Of a stretch of DNA of 38,554 bases, positions 8,110-19,400 are shown in pieces. The notes below the pieces were generated by a model that was not told the DNA's origin, did not search any database, and worked only from the letters and a program-made list of their open reading frames with translations. Within the stretch, counting starts at the first letter, position 1. Each line of letters starts with the position of its first letter. This DNA is from an uncultured Planctomycetales bacterium (GTDB taxonomy: Bacteria > Planctomycetota > Planctomycetia > Pirellulales > Thermoguttaceae). Location: positions 1-38,554 of the forward strand of contig CALARR010000045.1 of assembly GCA_937889015.1 (NCBI GenBank), in the 5' to 3' direction. Made by a program: the position numbers and the translations under genes.

Positions 8110-8769
8110 TCACGAAATCTTATGCGCGCGACGTAGATAGGCAAGGACTTCGTCGGCAAGTTGCTCGGGCGACTTGTGCGCCGCGTCGAGCACCAGTTCG
8201 GGCTTCAACGGTGCTTCATAGGGGTCGTCGATGCCGGTAAAGCCCTTGAGCTGCCCGGCCCGAGCTTTCTGGTACAGGCCTTTCGGGTCCCGTGCCTCGC
8301 ACACTTCCAATGGGGCGTCGACAAGGATCTCGACGAAATCCCCCTCGGCCAGGCTCGCTCGAACCCGGTCGCGGTCCGCCCGGTAAGGGCTGATGAAGGC
8401 CGTGATGGCAATCATGCCCGACTCGGCAAAAAGCTTGGCCACGGCGCCGATGCGGCGAATGTTCTCTTCGCGATCCTGGGCCGAGAAACCGAGGCCAAAA
8501 CGCTTGGCAAATTCGTCGCCATGAATCGGTTTGAGCATCCCCGGGCCCGCGTTCAGCCCATGCCGAATGTTGTCCCCGTCGAGGACGAAGCTCCGCAACC
8601 CCAGCGAATGCAGGCGGTGGTCGAGGAGGTTCGCGACCGTGCTCTTGCCGCAGGCGCTGAGCCCCGTGAACCACACCACACAGCCTTTGTGGCGATTGAG
8701 CTGTTCGCGTTCCTCGCGAGAGACCGCATGCTCGTGCCAGTGGACCTGCACCTGCTGTTCGTCGGACAT
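8110..8769 (-). CDS. cysC: Adenylyl-sulfate (APS) kinase
   Basis: Contains the P-loop GLSACGKST and APS-kinase motifs (FVLDGDNIRHGLN, ISPYRADRD). I chose the ATG at 8769 (MSDEQQ...), giving 219 aa. The longer ORF-track start at 8910 only adds a non-conserved extension. Confidence 0.9.
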   Translation of the reverse strand: MSDEQQVQVHWHEHAVSREEREQLNRHKGCVVWFTGLSACGKSTVANLLDHRLHSLGLRSFVLDGDNIRHGLNAGPGMLKPIHGDEFAKRFGLGFSAQDREENIRRIGAVAKLFAESGMIAITAFISPYRADRDRVRASLAEGDFVEILVDAPLEVCEARDPKGLYQKARAGQLKGFTGIDDPYEAPLKPELVLDAAHKSPEQLADEVLAYLRRAHKIS

Positions 8770-9123
8770 GATGGCTTGAGACTCCTGAAAAATGAGACAC
8801 GATCGGGCAAAAGAGACTCGGCCCGGCCGATCTGGGAAGGATGGGCCCACGGACAGGAGGTGCGACCGGGATGCCGCACGGGGGAAAGTGCCTGACAGGA
8901 GAGACCGCATCCCGGCGCCTTACCCGTCTGAACAGGCAACAAAAACAAGTGGTGCATAATACTCATCCAGCCGACCGGCTGCAATGGTGGCGGACAGTCG
9001 AGGTGGGAATGCAGCACCACCATTGAGGATGGGAACGCTGCTCCAGTTTGGCATCGATTCTTCCGGGCACCACCGGTATAATTCAGCCTTTCCCCCCCTC
9101 TTTGGAATTCAATCGAGCTTGAT

Positions 9124-11322
9124 ATGAGTCAGACCGAAGCGGCGCCGAAGGAGATGCGCGGGACACCTACGTCCGAAGCACTTGCTGCGCAAACACTTTA
9201 CGACAAGTGTTGCACCATGGCTCGAAATCTGTGGTGGAGCTGGCAGCCGGAAGTCATCAATCTCTTCCGCGACCTCGATCCGATTCGCTGGCGGCAATTG
9301 GATCACAATCCGATCGCTCTGCTCGCGGAATTCACGCCTGAGCGACTGGAGATGCGCGCAGCGGAACTGGTGTTGTACAGCCGGATCAACCACGCCTTTC
9401 GCCGGCTGAAAGAATACATGGTCGAGAAGCCGGTTTGGGGGCAGACCCACGCCGGCGTTTTGGGCTCCAAACCGGTGGCCTACTTCTCGCTGGAGTTCGG
9501 CGTGCACGAGTCGGTGCCCATCTATTCCGGCGGCCTGGGCGTGCTTTCGGGCGATCATATCAAGAGCGCCAGTGGGCTGGGGGTGCCGCTGGTGGCCATC
9601 GGGCTGTTTTACGACCAGGGCTATTTCAAACAGCACCTGGACATCAACGGCTGGCAGCACGAGGAGTACCTGGACACCAAGGTGGAAAACCTGCCCATGG
9701 AGCCCGCACGCGGCGCCGACGGCAAACCGATCACCGTATCGATCCAGACGCGGACCGGGCGGTTGTTGGCCAAGGTGTGGCTGATGCGCGTGGGCCGCGT
9801 GAGCCTGTACTTGCTGGACTGCGACGTGGAGGGCAACAGCCCCGAGGACCGCGAGTTGACCGCGCGGTTGTATGGCGGCGACAATCGTACGCGGATCCGC
9901 CAGGAGTTGGTGGCCGGAGTGGGCGGGGTGCGCGCCCTGCGTGCCTTGGGGATCATCCCCGGCGTTTACCACCTGAACGAAGGGCACAGTTCCTTTGCGA
10001 CACTGGAAGCCACGCGCGAGCGGATGAAGGACAATGGCTGGAGCTTCGACGAGTCGCTGCGCGACGTGGCCCAGCACACGGTGTTCACCACGCACACGCC
10101 GGTGCCGGCTGGACACGACCGCTTCGACCGCAACCTGATCGAAGAGCACTTGGGGCCGCTGCGCGACGAGTTGGGGATCTCGTTCGACCAGTTGATGGGT
10201 CTGGGGCGCGTGGAACCGCACAATGAGCACGAGACCTTCTGCATGACGGTCTTGGGGCTGAAGCTGTCGCGGCGCGCGAACGCCGTGAGCAGTCTGCACG
10301 GGCACGTCAGCCGGCGGATGTGGGCCCATCTCTGGCCGTGGCGCGTGGAAGAGGAGATTCCGATCGGCCACATCACCAATGGCGTCCACGTCGACAGTTG
10401 GCTCGCCTGGCAGATGAAGCAGCTCTACGATCGCTACCTGCCCTTCGACTGGTCGAGCCGCATGGGCGAGCCGGCCGTGTGGCAGCGGATCTACAATGTG
10501 GATCCGGGCGAACTGTGGGAGACGCACCACGGCTTGAAGAACCTGCTGTTGGCCTTCGTGCGGCGGCGCGTCAGTCGGCAGTGCCGGCGGCGCGGCGAGA
10601 GCGACGACGCCGTCGAGGCCGCGCGGAGCATCCTCGATCCCAACATCCTGACCATCGGCTTCGCGCGGCGTTTCGCCACCTACAAGCGGGCCGACCTGCT
10701 GCTGGCGGACTTGGATCGGCTGGCGGCCTTGATGAATTCAGCCGAGTGTCCCTTCCAGATGATCTTCGCCGGCAAGGCCCATCCGGCCGACGAACCCGGC
10801 AAGCAACTGATCAAGCGGATTGCCACCTTGCGGCACGACCCGCGGTTCGCCAACCGCATCGTGTTCGTCGAAGACTACGACATCAATGTCTGCCGGCACA
10901 TGATCCAAGGCGTCGACGTGTGGTTGAACAACCCCCGCCGGCCCCTGGAGGCTTCGGGCACCAGCGGCCAGAAGGCCGTGCTCAACGGGGCACTGAACTT
11001 GTCGATTCTCGACGGGTGGTGGGCGGAAGCCTACGACGGCACCAATGGATTCGCCATCGGCAGCGGCACCAGCCACGTCGATGACCGCATCACCGACACG
11101 CGCGACGGGGCGTCGCTGTTCCGCGTGCTGGAAGAAGAAGTGATCCCGCTGTACTACGATCGCGACATCGACGGGTTGCCGCGGCAGTGGATCAAGCGGA
11201 TGATGAACTCGATCAGTTCGCTGGCCTGGCGATTCAGCGCGCACCGCATGGTGGCCGACTACGTGCGCACCACGTATCTGCCGGCGGCCGGCGGCTTGAG
11301 CTGCGACATGACGGGCCGCTAG
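9124..11322 (+). CDS. glgP: Alpha-1,4-glucan (glycogen/maltodextrin) phosphorylase, GT35 family
   Basis: 732 aa. Contains SLEFGVHESVPIYSGGLGVLSGDHIKSASGLGVPLVAIGLFYDQGYF and FAGKAHPADEPGKQLIKRI, which are typical of the bacterial alpha-glucan phosphorylase subfamily. Confidence 0.9.
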   Translation: MSQTEAAPKEMRGTPTSEALAAQTLYDKCCTMARNLWWSWQPEVINLFRDLDPIRWRQLDHNPIALLAEFTPERLEMRAAELVLYSRINHAFRRLKEYMVEKPVWGQTHAGVLGSKPVAYFSLEFGVHESVPIYSGGLGVLSGDHIKSASGLGVPLVAIGLFYDQGYFKQHLDINGWQHEEYLDTKVENLPMEPARGADGKPITVSIQTRTGRLLAKVWLMRVGRVSLYLLDCDVEGNSPEDRELTARLYGGDNRTRIRQELVAGVGGVRALRALGIIPGVYHLNEGHSSFATLEATRERMKDNGWSFDESLRDVAQHTVFTTHTPVPAGHDRFDRNLIEEHLGPLRDELGISFDQLMGLGRVEPHNEHETFCMTVLGLKLSRRANAVSSLHGHVSRRMWAHLWPWRVEEEIPIGHITNGVHVDSWLAWQMKQLYDRYLPFDWSSRMGEPAVWQRIYNVDPGELWETHHGLKNLLLAFVRRRVSRQCRRRGESDDAVEAARSILDPNILTIGFARRFATYKRADLLLADLDRLAALMNSAECPFQMIFAGKAHPADEPGKQLIKRIATLRHDPRFANRIVFVEDYDINVCRHMIQGVDVWLNNPRRPLEASGTSGQKAVLNGALNLSILDGWWAEAYDGTNGFAIGSGTSHVDDRITDTRDGASLFRVLEEEVIPLYYDRDIDGLPRQWIKRMMNSISSLAWRFSAHRMVADYVRTTYLPAAGGLSCDMTGR

Positions 11323-11448
11323 GCCCGGCGGTGACGGATCGCTGGATCGCCAAGGATTCCGCCCTGCGGAGCGGACAGGCGCGAGCACCCATTGCCTGTT
11401 GGTCCCCCCGGTTCACTGGCTGTATTGATCTCGAAAGCGCGAGCGAGC

Positions 11449-11895
11449 ATGCCTGAGTTCTTTGATCTGCCGCACACGGTGGCCGACGAGGAAATCGACG
11501 AACAGGGCCACGCCAACAACGTCGTCTATGTACAGTGGATGCAGGCTGCAGCGATCGCGCACTCGGCCACCCTGGGGTGGACCGGCCAACGCTATCGGCA
11601 GATCGGCTGCGGCTGGGTCGTGCGCTCGCATTGGATCGAGTACCACTGTCCAGCCCAGCGCGGCGAGCAGATTCTGATCCGCACCTGGGTGGCGGGCATG
11701 AAGAAGGTCACTTCCGTGCGCCGGTACCGTATCCTGCGCGCCGCAGACCTGGCCCTGCTGGCCGAGGCCGAGACGAACTGGGCCTTTATCGATTACGCGA
11801 CGGGCCACCCGGTCCGTATCCCGCAAGAGATCATCCAGGCCTATCCCGCGGCCGGACAGAAACTGGAACGCGGAAGGCAACCGAGCAAACGATGA
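11449..11895 (+). CDS. Acyl-CoA thioesterase (4HBT/YbgC-like hotdog fold)
   Basis: MPEFFDLPHTVADEEIDEQGHANNVVYVQWMQ...WIEYHCPAQRGEQILIRTWV matches the 4-hydroxybenzoyl-CoA thioesterase family pattern. Confidence 0.8.
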   Translation: MPEFFDLPHTVADEEIDEQGHANNVVYVQWMQAAAIAHSATLGWTGQRYRQIGCGWVVRSHWIEYHCPAQRGEQILIRTWVAGMKKVTSVRRYRILRAADLALLAEAETNWAFIDYATGHPVRIPQEIIQAYPAAGQKLERGRQPSKR

Positions 11896-11965
11896 AGGCC
11901 GTTCGGCCTGGGGATGCCGGTCGCCTGGAGACTGGCCACCATCGACTATCGCCGTGAGGTGCAAC

Positions 11966-12550
11966 ATGAAAGTCTTGGTCATCTTGGGACACCCGCACGA
12001 AGGCAGTTTCTGCCATGCCCTGGCACAAACGGCGGTCGCGCAACTCCAGCAGGCCGGCCACGAGGTCCTCTTCCACGACCTCTATGCCGAGGGCTTCGAT
12101 CCGCTGCTGCCGCACGCCGAAATCCCCAAAGGCGCGCGGCTGGACCCGCAGATCCAGAAGCACTGCGATCAGGTCCGGGCGGCCGAGGGCTACATCGTGA
12201 TCCATCCCAACTGGTGGGCGCAGCCGCCGGCCATCCTCAAGGGCTGGCTGGATCGCGTGATTCGCCAGGGGGTGACCTACGAATTCGGCCCGGGCGGGGT
12301 GGTGCCCCTGTTGACCGGACGCAGGGCCTTGGTCATCACCACCTCCAACACCCCACGCGAGGACGAGATTCGCCTCTACGGCGATCCGCTGGAAAACCTG
12401 TGGGCCAACTGCGTGTTTGGCTTCTGCGGGGTGAAGCAGTTCAAACGGCGGAACTTCGAGTCGATTGTGATGAGCACCGCACAGCAGCGGCAGGAATGGC
12501 TGGCGGAGACGGCCCGCCTGGTCGACGAGCAGTTCCCCGCCAAGCCTTGA
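11966..12550 (+). CDS. Flavodoxin-like fold NAD(P)H dehydrogenase (quinone) family protein
   Basis: MKVLVILGHPHEGSFCHALAQ...YIVIHPNWWAQPPAILKGWLDRV is a flavodoxin_2/NQO1-like signature. The ATG at 11966 is preceded by GAGGTG. Confidence 0.8.
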   Translation: MKVLVILGHPHEGSFCHALAQTAVAQLQQAGHEVLFHDLYAEGFDPLLPHAEIPKGARLDPQIQKHCDQVRAAEGYIVIHPNWWAQPPAILKGWLDRVIRQGVTYEFGPGGVVPLLTGRRALVITTSNTPREDEIRLYGDPLENLWANCVFGFCGVKQFKRRNFESIVMSTAQQRQEWLAETARLVDEQFPAKP

Positions 12551-12611
12551 TCCGCTCAGCGGCAGCGTTGGCGTTGGCTCTCGCGATCGGGCACGGGATG
12601 GCTCGCCGCAA

Positions 12612-12887
12612 CTACTCGCCGGGCCGAGGCTTGCGCTTCAACTCGCCATCGTGCTCGGCCATGAACTTGCGGAGTTCGTCGCCGAAGTCCAGCAACCGGT
12701 TCCATTGTTCCAGATACAAGGTGACGGGCATCCGCTGGAGGCCGTAGACGCTCACCGCCCCCTTGGCGCTGACCTTGCAGTAGAGTTGGCCGCGCCGCGG
12801 TTGATCGCTGTCTTCCAACATGCGATTCGCGTCTTCAATGCTCAGCTCGCCCGCAGCCACCTTAGCTAGGATCTCTTCCCGTTTCAT
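12612..12887 (-). CDS. Hypothetical small protein (91 aa), N-terminal SHOCT-like helix
   Basis: The ATG at 12887 has GGAGG 7 nt upstream. The N-terminus (MKREEILAKVAAGELSIEDANRMLE) resembles a short helical SHOCT-type motif. Confidence 0.5.
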   Translation of the reverse strand: MKREEILAKVAAGELSIEDANRMLEDSDQPRRGQLYCKVSAKGAVSVYGLQRMPVTLYLEQWNRLLDFGDELRKFMAEHDGELKRKPRPGE

Positions 12888-13012
12888 TCGTCGTCCTCCG
12901 AATTGATGGGTTGCATCCGTGCCTACGATAGCAGGTTGGCTGGGGGGATTCAAGACCGGGGGGGAGACACACCAGGAAATGGTGAGCCCCGTCCCTAGCT
13001 ACCCCATCTGCG

Positions 13013-14899
13013 CTAGAGCGATAGCACATACTCCACCAGATCATCGATCTGCTGTTCGCTCAGGTGGTCGATCTTGCCGCCGCGCTCGCCGTGCTTGCCC
13101 TTGACGATCAGGTCCTTGATGCTGGTCCACTTGCCATCGTGCAGATAGGGGGCGGTGCGCCAACACTCGACCAGACTCGGCGTGTCGAAGGTGGAACGCC
13201 GATCATAGGGCCCTTCGGAGCCTACGTCATGCATCAACATGTCCGTGTACAACGGTTCCGGATGACAGCGCGCACAGCCGACCTCGGGATCGTGGAAGAT
13301 CTTCTTGCCCCGCTCGGCCGCCGGACTGAGCTGGCCGTTGACCAGGTGCGGGCTGGGCACCGGCTGCAAGGCCTTGAGATACTCGTCCATGGCCACCGCC
13401 TCTTCCTCCGGCCGCACGGCAAACAGAATGTGGGTCAGGCCGGAACGCACGCCCATTTCGCCGTCGGGCCGCACGGCGGTCCACATCGAGGGGGGAGTCT
13501 TGTGCGTCAACAGCATCGACTTGTTGTTCTTGGGATTGCCCAGTCCGTCATTCATCAGGTCCCAGTTCAAGGCATCGACCCGCGCGTCGGGATGGCAACT
13601 GGCGCAGCTCTGCCAGTGCTGGAAGCAAATCGTGGCGTCGTTGAACAAGACCTCGCCCCGCCGCTGCACGCTCCACACCGGGGTCGGCCCCAAGGCCAAC
13701 GTGTTGACCAGCTTGCCAGGCTTGGCGGCCAGTTCGACCGCGTTGATCAGATCGGAAAAGTAGGCGGGCACATAGGCCTTGTCGCCCACGACCGCCACGG
13801 CCCGAGTGCCTTTGCCCTCCAGGCGGATGCGGCGCCGCAGGTCCACCAGGAACGCCAGGTCGTTGGGGATGTCGGCCTTGACCATCGAGGCGTAGACGCC
13901 TTGCACCTCGGGCTTGGGCTGGCCCGGCTTGAGCTCAGCCGGGATCTTGTCAATCTTCTCCAGCACGCCGGCGATCTGGATCACGCTCAACTCGCTGGTC
14001 CCGGCGTGTGCCACGCAAACCGTTTGACCGTCAGCCGTGCAGGCCACGCCCCAAGGCACGGCCGCGCCCAAATCGACGTCGTCCAGCAACACCGTGTTCA
14101 ACAATTTCTGTTGGCCGGCGTCAATGATCGACAATGCGTTGGTGTTCATCCAGCCCCGCTCCAGTTGGGTCGTGGGCATCTGGTAACGCGCCAGGATGTG
14201 CGGCACGTAAACGTACTTTCCATCGGGCGAAACACAGATCGCTCGCAAACCGGAACTCCCGTTAAGCAACCGGATCGGATGGACCTTGAGCGTGGCCGTG
14301 TCGATGACCGAGACGACCGCGGCGACGTCATACGAGTCGGCCGGGTCGTTGGGCAAATGGTTGGCCACGTAGACCTGCTTGCCGTCCGGCGTGATCGCGG
14401 CCGCATGGGGTTCGCGCACCACCGGCACGCAGGCCAGTTCCTTGCCCTGCTCCAGGTCGATCACGGAAACGCTGTTGTTGAAGCGATTGCACACGTACAG
14501 CCGTCTTCCGTCGGGGCTCAGGGCCGGCCCGATCGCCGTGTGCCCCGCCGCCAGCGTCTGGGTGATCTTCATTGCCTTGGTGTCGATCAGGCAGACCTTG
14601 CTCTGCACGGCGGCACAGGTCACATAGAGCTTCGTGCCCTCGCGGTTCAGGACCAGACCCGTCGGCGTGTCGGGCACCGCCACGCTCTGCGCGATCTTGC
14701 CGCTGGCCAGATCCACGGCGTCGATCCGCTTTGCGTCGGCCTCGAGCACGTAGAGCCGGGCGCCATCGGGCGAGGCCAGCAGCACTTCCGGTCCCAGCGA
14801 TTTCGTCTCCTTGCCAGTCGAGGTCCAGGCCGCGCACAGGCCCACCAAGGTGATGGACAGACCAGCCACCAGAATTCCGACGCGCAAGTGAGACTTCAT
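13013..14899 (-). CDS. YVTN-family beta-propeller repeat protein fused to a di-haem cytochrome c peroxidase (CCP/MauG-like) domain, with a signal peptide
   Basis: The ATG at 14899 has GAGGAG upstream. A signal peptide (MKSHLRVGILVAGLSITLVGLCAA) is followed by repeated YV(T/A)N-type propeller blades. The C-terminal domain has two CxxCH motifs (CASCH, CARCH) in a CCP-like context. Confidence 0.85.
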   Translation of the reverse strand: MKSHLRVGILVAGLSITLVGLCAAWTSTGKETKSLGPEVLLASPDGARLYVLEADAKRIDAVDLASGKIAQSVAVPDTPTGLVLNREGTKLYVTCAAVQSKVCLIDTKAMKITQTLAAGHTAIGPALSPDGRRLYVCNRFNNSVSVIDLEQGKELACVPVVREPHAAAITPDGKQVYVANHLPNDPADSYDVAAVVSVIDTATLKVHPIRLLNGSSGLRAICVSPDGKYVYVPHILARYQMPTTQLERGWMNTNALSIIDAGQQKLLNTVLLDDVDLGAAVPWGVACTADGQTVCVAHAGTSELSVIQIAGVLEKIDKIPAELKPGQPKPEVQGVYASMVKADIPNDLAFLVDLRRRIRLEGKGTRAVAVVGDKAYVPAYFSDLINAVELAAKPGKLVNTLALGPTPVWSVQRRGEVLFNDATICFQHWQSCASCHPDARVDALNWDLMNDGLGNPKNNKSMLLTHKTPPSMWTAVRPDGEMGVRSGLTHILFAVRPEEEAVAMDEYLKALQPVPSPHLVNGQLSPAAERGKKIFHDPEVGCARCHPEPLYTDMLMHDVGSEGPYDRRSTFDTPSLVECWRTAPYLHDGKWTSIKDLIVKGKHGERGGKIDHLSEQQIDDLVEYVLSL

Positions 14900-15285
14900 A
14901 GCGACTCCTCGACTGAGAAGAATACGGCGGGAAGAGGATGCGGTAGGGTTTTCAGACCTCAGGACTACAAAAGTCGAACGCGAAAGACGGCCATCGCGTG
15001 GATTCAGGCCCATGGCACCCGCCATGGACCAGCACACTCCAGATCCTCCCAGGATCGTTGCTGCCAACCGACACTGCAAGCACCCGGGACCGGCCTAGTA
15101 TATCCGACCGGTAGTGGTCATACCAGTTCCTCAGCAACCACCCCCTCCTTTGGCGAGACGCCGACAGCTTCTACTGTCAAAAGTCCACGCCAAGTCATGC
15201 TGAACGCAGCGAAGGATCTCGCACCGGACGGAGTCTTCGCCACGCTCGGAACGGCAGACTTCAACGCGGTTTTCCGTGATGCACG

Positions 15286-16326
15286 CTACTTCACCACCGC
15301 GCGCAGCACGATGTTGCGGTAGTCGACCGAGGTGTGGTCGCCCTGGAGGAAGATCGGTCCCGGGCGAAACTCGTCCGACCACAGCGCCCCGCCGGTGCAG
15401 CCGCGCACAGGTTGATTGTCGATGATCTTCTGGCCATTGAGAATCACCGTGATATGGCGGTTGACCAGCGTGATGTCGTATGCCTGCCACTCGCCGGCCG
15501 GCTTCTCCGCGGCCACCGTGGGGCAGGTCCGGCTGTAGATGCCGCCCATGTTGTGAGCATCCAACGGCTTGCCGAAGCTGTCCGACACCTGGATCTCGTA
15601 GATCCCGCGCAGATAGATGCCGCTGTTGCCCGCAGGAGGCACGCGCGTTTCCAGCGTGAGATTGAAGTCTTCGAATTCCAGCTCCGTGCGGAGATTGGCA
15701 TAGCGCTTGTGCGGTTTACCTTCTTCCTGCGGTGCCCGATTCACGAGGATGCCGTTCTCCACGGTCCAGCCACTGGGCAGGTCGTCCTTGACCAGCTTCC
15801 ATCCGGTCAGGTCGCGCCCGTTGAACAGCGAGAGTGGCGGGCCAAACTCGACCTTCGAGAGGTCCGGCGCCGGCGGCAACGGGGGAATCCGCTTGCCGCT
15901 CAACTCGCCCTGGCCGGACTGCTTGCCCTTGTCGTTCACCTCGACCGTGGTCAGATTCAACGTGTCGCCATCCACTTTGCCGGTGAGTACTTGCACGATC
16001 TGAAACGTCACCAGCGTGCCGTCGCGTTCCTTGCGCTTGCCTTCGCGAATTCGCTTGACGATGAGTTGGTCGCCTTCGATCGCGACACTGGCCACTGGCA
16101 GCACACTGCCGCCGCCCCACAGCAGACTGCCCTCCAACTTGCCGTCCTTCTGCTCGATACCCAACCAACCTGCCGCGCCGTTGGGCAGCGTCAGGGCCCA
16201 GTCGGCCACAAAACACTTGGCGTCGGCCGCCTGAGCCAGGTCGGCCGTGGCGGCCCACGTCAAAAGAACAGCGCAGCCGACGGCGGCGATCGAGGTCCGA
16301 AACGATGTGGCAAACGCGACGTTCAT
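15286..16326 (-). CDS. Secreted DUF1080 (3-keto-disaccharide hydrolase / LamG-like) domain protein
   Basis: The ATG at 16326 has GAAGGAG upstream. A signal peptide is present. The C-terminal domain contains LFNGRDLTGWK...GNSGIYLRGIYEIQV...GPIFLQGDHTSVDYRNI, which is typical of DUF1080. Confidence 0.85.
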   Translation of the reverse strand: MNVAFATSFRTSIAAVGCAVLLTWAATADLAQAADAKCFVADWALTLPNGAAGWLGIEQKDGKLEGSLLWGGGSVLPVASVAIEGDQLIVKRIREGKRKERDGTLVTFQIVQVLTGKVDGDTLNLTTVEVNDKGKQSGQGELSGKRIPPLPPAPDLSKVEFGPPLSLFNGRDLTGWKLVKDDLPSGWTVENGILVNRAPQEEGKPHKRYANLRTELEFEDFNLTLETRVPPAGNSGIYLRGIYEIQVSDSFGKPLDAHNMGGIYSRTCPTVAAEKPAGEWQAYDITLVNRHITVILNGQKIIDNQPVRGCTGGALWSDEFRPGPIFLQGDHTSVDYRNIVLRAVVK

Positions 16327-16470
16327 AGAGGCTCCTTCAAACGGCGGGATCACGGGGGATGGTTGCGGACGCACGGATGGGGCCGCATCCCAAGACTCCC
16401 AGGATAACGCACCGCTGAACGTCATGCCACTGGATCGCGGCGAGAGCAGAAAAGTCGTTCCGTTGCTCCT

Positions 16471-19400
16471 TCAGAGGCCGATCTTGGCCCACTGCCGCTC
16501 CAACCGGACCCGCGAGACAGGGATGGCCGTCCCCAACTTCTGGGCAAAGAGCGACACGCGGTACTCTTCGAGCATCCAGCGGTAGCAGACCAACTCCCCG
16601 TCCACGATTCCCCGCTGCCGGTGGTCGTCGGCCCGTTGCTGATAGGATTCCCACATGGCAGCCAGTTCCTCGGTCGCCTCGCGATCGCGCGGCAGGTTGC
16701 CGGACAGGCGTTCGACACGACCGGCCACGGCCTGCAGATAACGCGGGTAGTGCCGCAGCCAGTCCCAGGGCGTGGCGGTAAGGAAGCTCGGATACACGAG
16801 CCTGGCTAACTGAGCGTGGATGTCGTCGGCGGCGTGTTGCCACCTGGGAAGCGAGGCCTGCTCCCAGGCCAACCGTGCACGGTGAAAGCCCTCCCACAGC
16901 GGCCCCATGAGTCCCGCCAGATCCTGGGTCCCCAGGCCGATCCGCGTGCGTCCCAAGGCCAGCCGTTCGTCGTATTGCGCGCGCGTTCGCACCGGCGGCA
17001 AGTCGGCCAGCATGGCCCGGTCGGCCAGCAGTTCCATGAGCTCCTGCTTCAGATCGAGCCCCGAAACCGCCGCGGCATAGACCAGCATTTGCGGTAAGCC
17101 GGGCAGCCAGTTGACTTGCGTGCGCAGGTCGCGCGAACAGGCCTGGCAGAACAGGCGTCGCAACGCGGCGCGCGTGGACTGCTCGGCCATGTCGGCCGAG
17201 TCGAACAAGCGCAAGGCCACGGAGGTCCGTTCGTCGAGCAGGCCGGGATAGGCTTTGACCAGCACTCGGCCGTGGCGCACGTCAACCGCGGTCGGCAGTT
17301 CGTCGAAATCCCAAGTAGTCAGCCCCTGGCGGTTCCACAGCGGATCGTCGACTTGGGCTAGTCGGGCGGCTACTTGCGACCCCAATTGCCGCCGCAATTC
17401 GACCAGATCCCGGCCACTGGCCAGCGAGTTCCCCTCCACGTCCACCACATGGAAGTTCATGCGCAGGTCGTCGGGCAGTCTTTCTTCCTGAAAGGCCGCG
17501 GCGTCGATGGCTTGGCCGGCCAGGCGGCTCAACTCGCGTGCCACGGCCTGGGTCAGTTCGCCTTCGCCAAAGCGGATCGCCGCGGCCACGCGCCGGGCCG
17601 TATCGTTGGCCGGCACGAATTGCCGCCGCAGATGCTTGGGCAGAGCGCGAATCAGGGCCAGGACCTTCTGCTCCAGCAGGCCCGGCACTAGCCACCCCAC
17701 CGCACGCGGCTCGACCTGGGCCAAGGCCTCGGCCGGCACCGTAAGCGTTACGCCATCGTCGGCCGAGCCCGGCTCGAAACGATACTCCAGCGGCAACTGC
17801 ATCGCAGGCAGGGCCAGATGATCGGGAAAATCCTCGGCCGCCACTCCTGGAGCGTCGGGCACCAACAGGTCCGCACGCGTCATACGTAGCCCCTGGGCGT
17901 TCTGGCCGCGATCCTGCCGCAGCCAGCGCGTCAGACGGTGCACGTCGTACACGTCCTCCGGCAGCCGGCGGTCGTAGAACTCGTAGCGTGCCCAGGGCCC
18001 TTGCAGCAAATCGTTGCGCCGCAGCTTGGCCTGCAATTGCTCCAATTCCTGCAGCAGTTGCTCATTCTGCTGGATGACTTCCGGCTTGCGCGCCAGGCGG
18101 CCCTCGACCAGGCCATGCTGGATGAGCAGTTGCCGGGCCGCCGCGGCGTCGATCGGCCCATAGGCCACGCGCCGCCGAGCCACGATCGGCAGACCGAAGA
18201 GCGTCACGCGCTCGAAGGCCACCGCCGAGCCACTTTCGGCGTCCCACTGCAGGTCGCTGTAGCTGCGGTGGACCAGGTGCGGGGCCAGAGGCTCAATCCA
18301 CCGCGGATCGATCCGTGCGACAGTGCGCAGGTATCGTCGCGAGGTTTCCACCAACTCGCTGCACACAACCCATTTCGGCTTGGCTTCTATGACCGCCGAG
18401 CCCGGCCAAAGCTGGCACTTGCCGCCACCGGCCGAGCTGTACTCGTGGGTCTCGCCGCGTTGCGCCACATTGGCCAGAAGGCCGGTCAACACGGCCCGAT
18501 GGATGGCATTTGAGTCTTCGCGGCGGGGGCCGGGCGCGAGCTTGATCTGCCGGGCCAGGTCCAGCAACTCGCGGTGCACATCGAGCCATTCGCGCATGCG
18601 GTTGAACGACAGGAAATTCTGCCGGCAGGCCTTGCGCAGTTGGCTGCGCGAGACCTTCGCGCGCAATGCGTGATAGAAATCCCAGAGCTTCAGATAGCCC
18701 AGGAAATCGGAGCCCTCGACCCGGAATTGCGCGTGGCACTCGTCGGCCGCTTGCTGTTTCTCCAGCGGCCGTTCGCGCGGCTCCTGCACCTCCAGCGCAG
18801 CGGCAATGATCAGCACCTCGGCCAGGCAGTTCTCCTCGTGAGCCGCCAAGATCATCCGCCCGATGCGCGGATCGACCGGCAGGCGGCTCAATTGCCGTCC
18901 GATCTCCGTCAGGCGTTGCTCCTCGTCGATGGCGCCTAGTTCGAATAGCGTCTTGTAGCCGTCACGGATGGCCTCGGGCCGGGGGGGATCGAGGAAGGGA
19001 AAGCTCTCGATCTCGCCCAGCCGATAGGCCTTGGCCTGCAGGATCACCGCAGCCAGATTGGTGCGTTGGATCTCGGGCGCCGTGTACTGCTCGCGGGAAA
19101 GGTAATCCTCCTCGCTGTACAGTCGCACGCAGATGCCCGATCCCACTCGGCCGCAACGCCCCTTGCGCTGGTCGGCCGAGGCGCGCGACACGGGCTCGAT
19201 CGGCAACCGCTGGGTCTTGGAGCGCGGTGCGTAGCGGCTGATGCGCGCCGTGCCGGGATCGATCACATAGCGGATGCCCGGCACGGTGAGCGACGACTCG
19301 GCCACATTGGTGGCGATCACGATCCGCCGGCCGGCGTGCGGCTGAAAGACCTTCTGCTGCTCGGGGATCGAAAGCCGCGCGTAGAGCGGCAGGATTTCTG

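Noticed and set aside
9109-10530. 473-aa ORF antisense to the alpha-glucan phosphorylase gene
   Set aside because: The sense frame has unambiguous GT35 phosphorylase motifs. The antisense ORF is an artefact of high GC content. The same applies to 9435..10226, 10320..11084 and 10738..11388.
12930-12965. GGTCTTGAATCC-like motif resembling a tRNA T-loop
   Set aside because: The flanking arms are both C-runs and cannot pair. No acceptor or anticodon stems are present. This is not a tRNA.
13064-15322. 752-aa ORF antisense to the YVTN/cytochrome c peroxidase gene
   Set aside because: It has no recognisable domains and biased Arg/Gly/His composition. The opposite-strand gene has a signal peptide, propeller repeats and CxxCH motifs.
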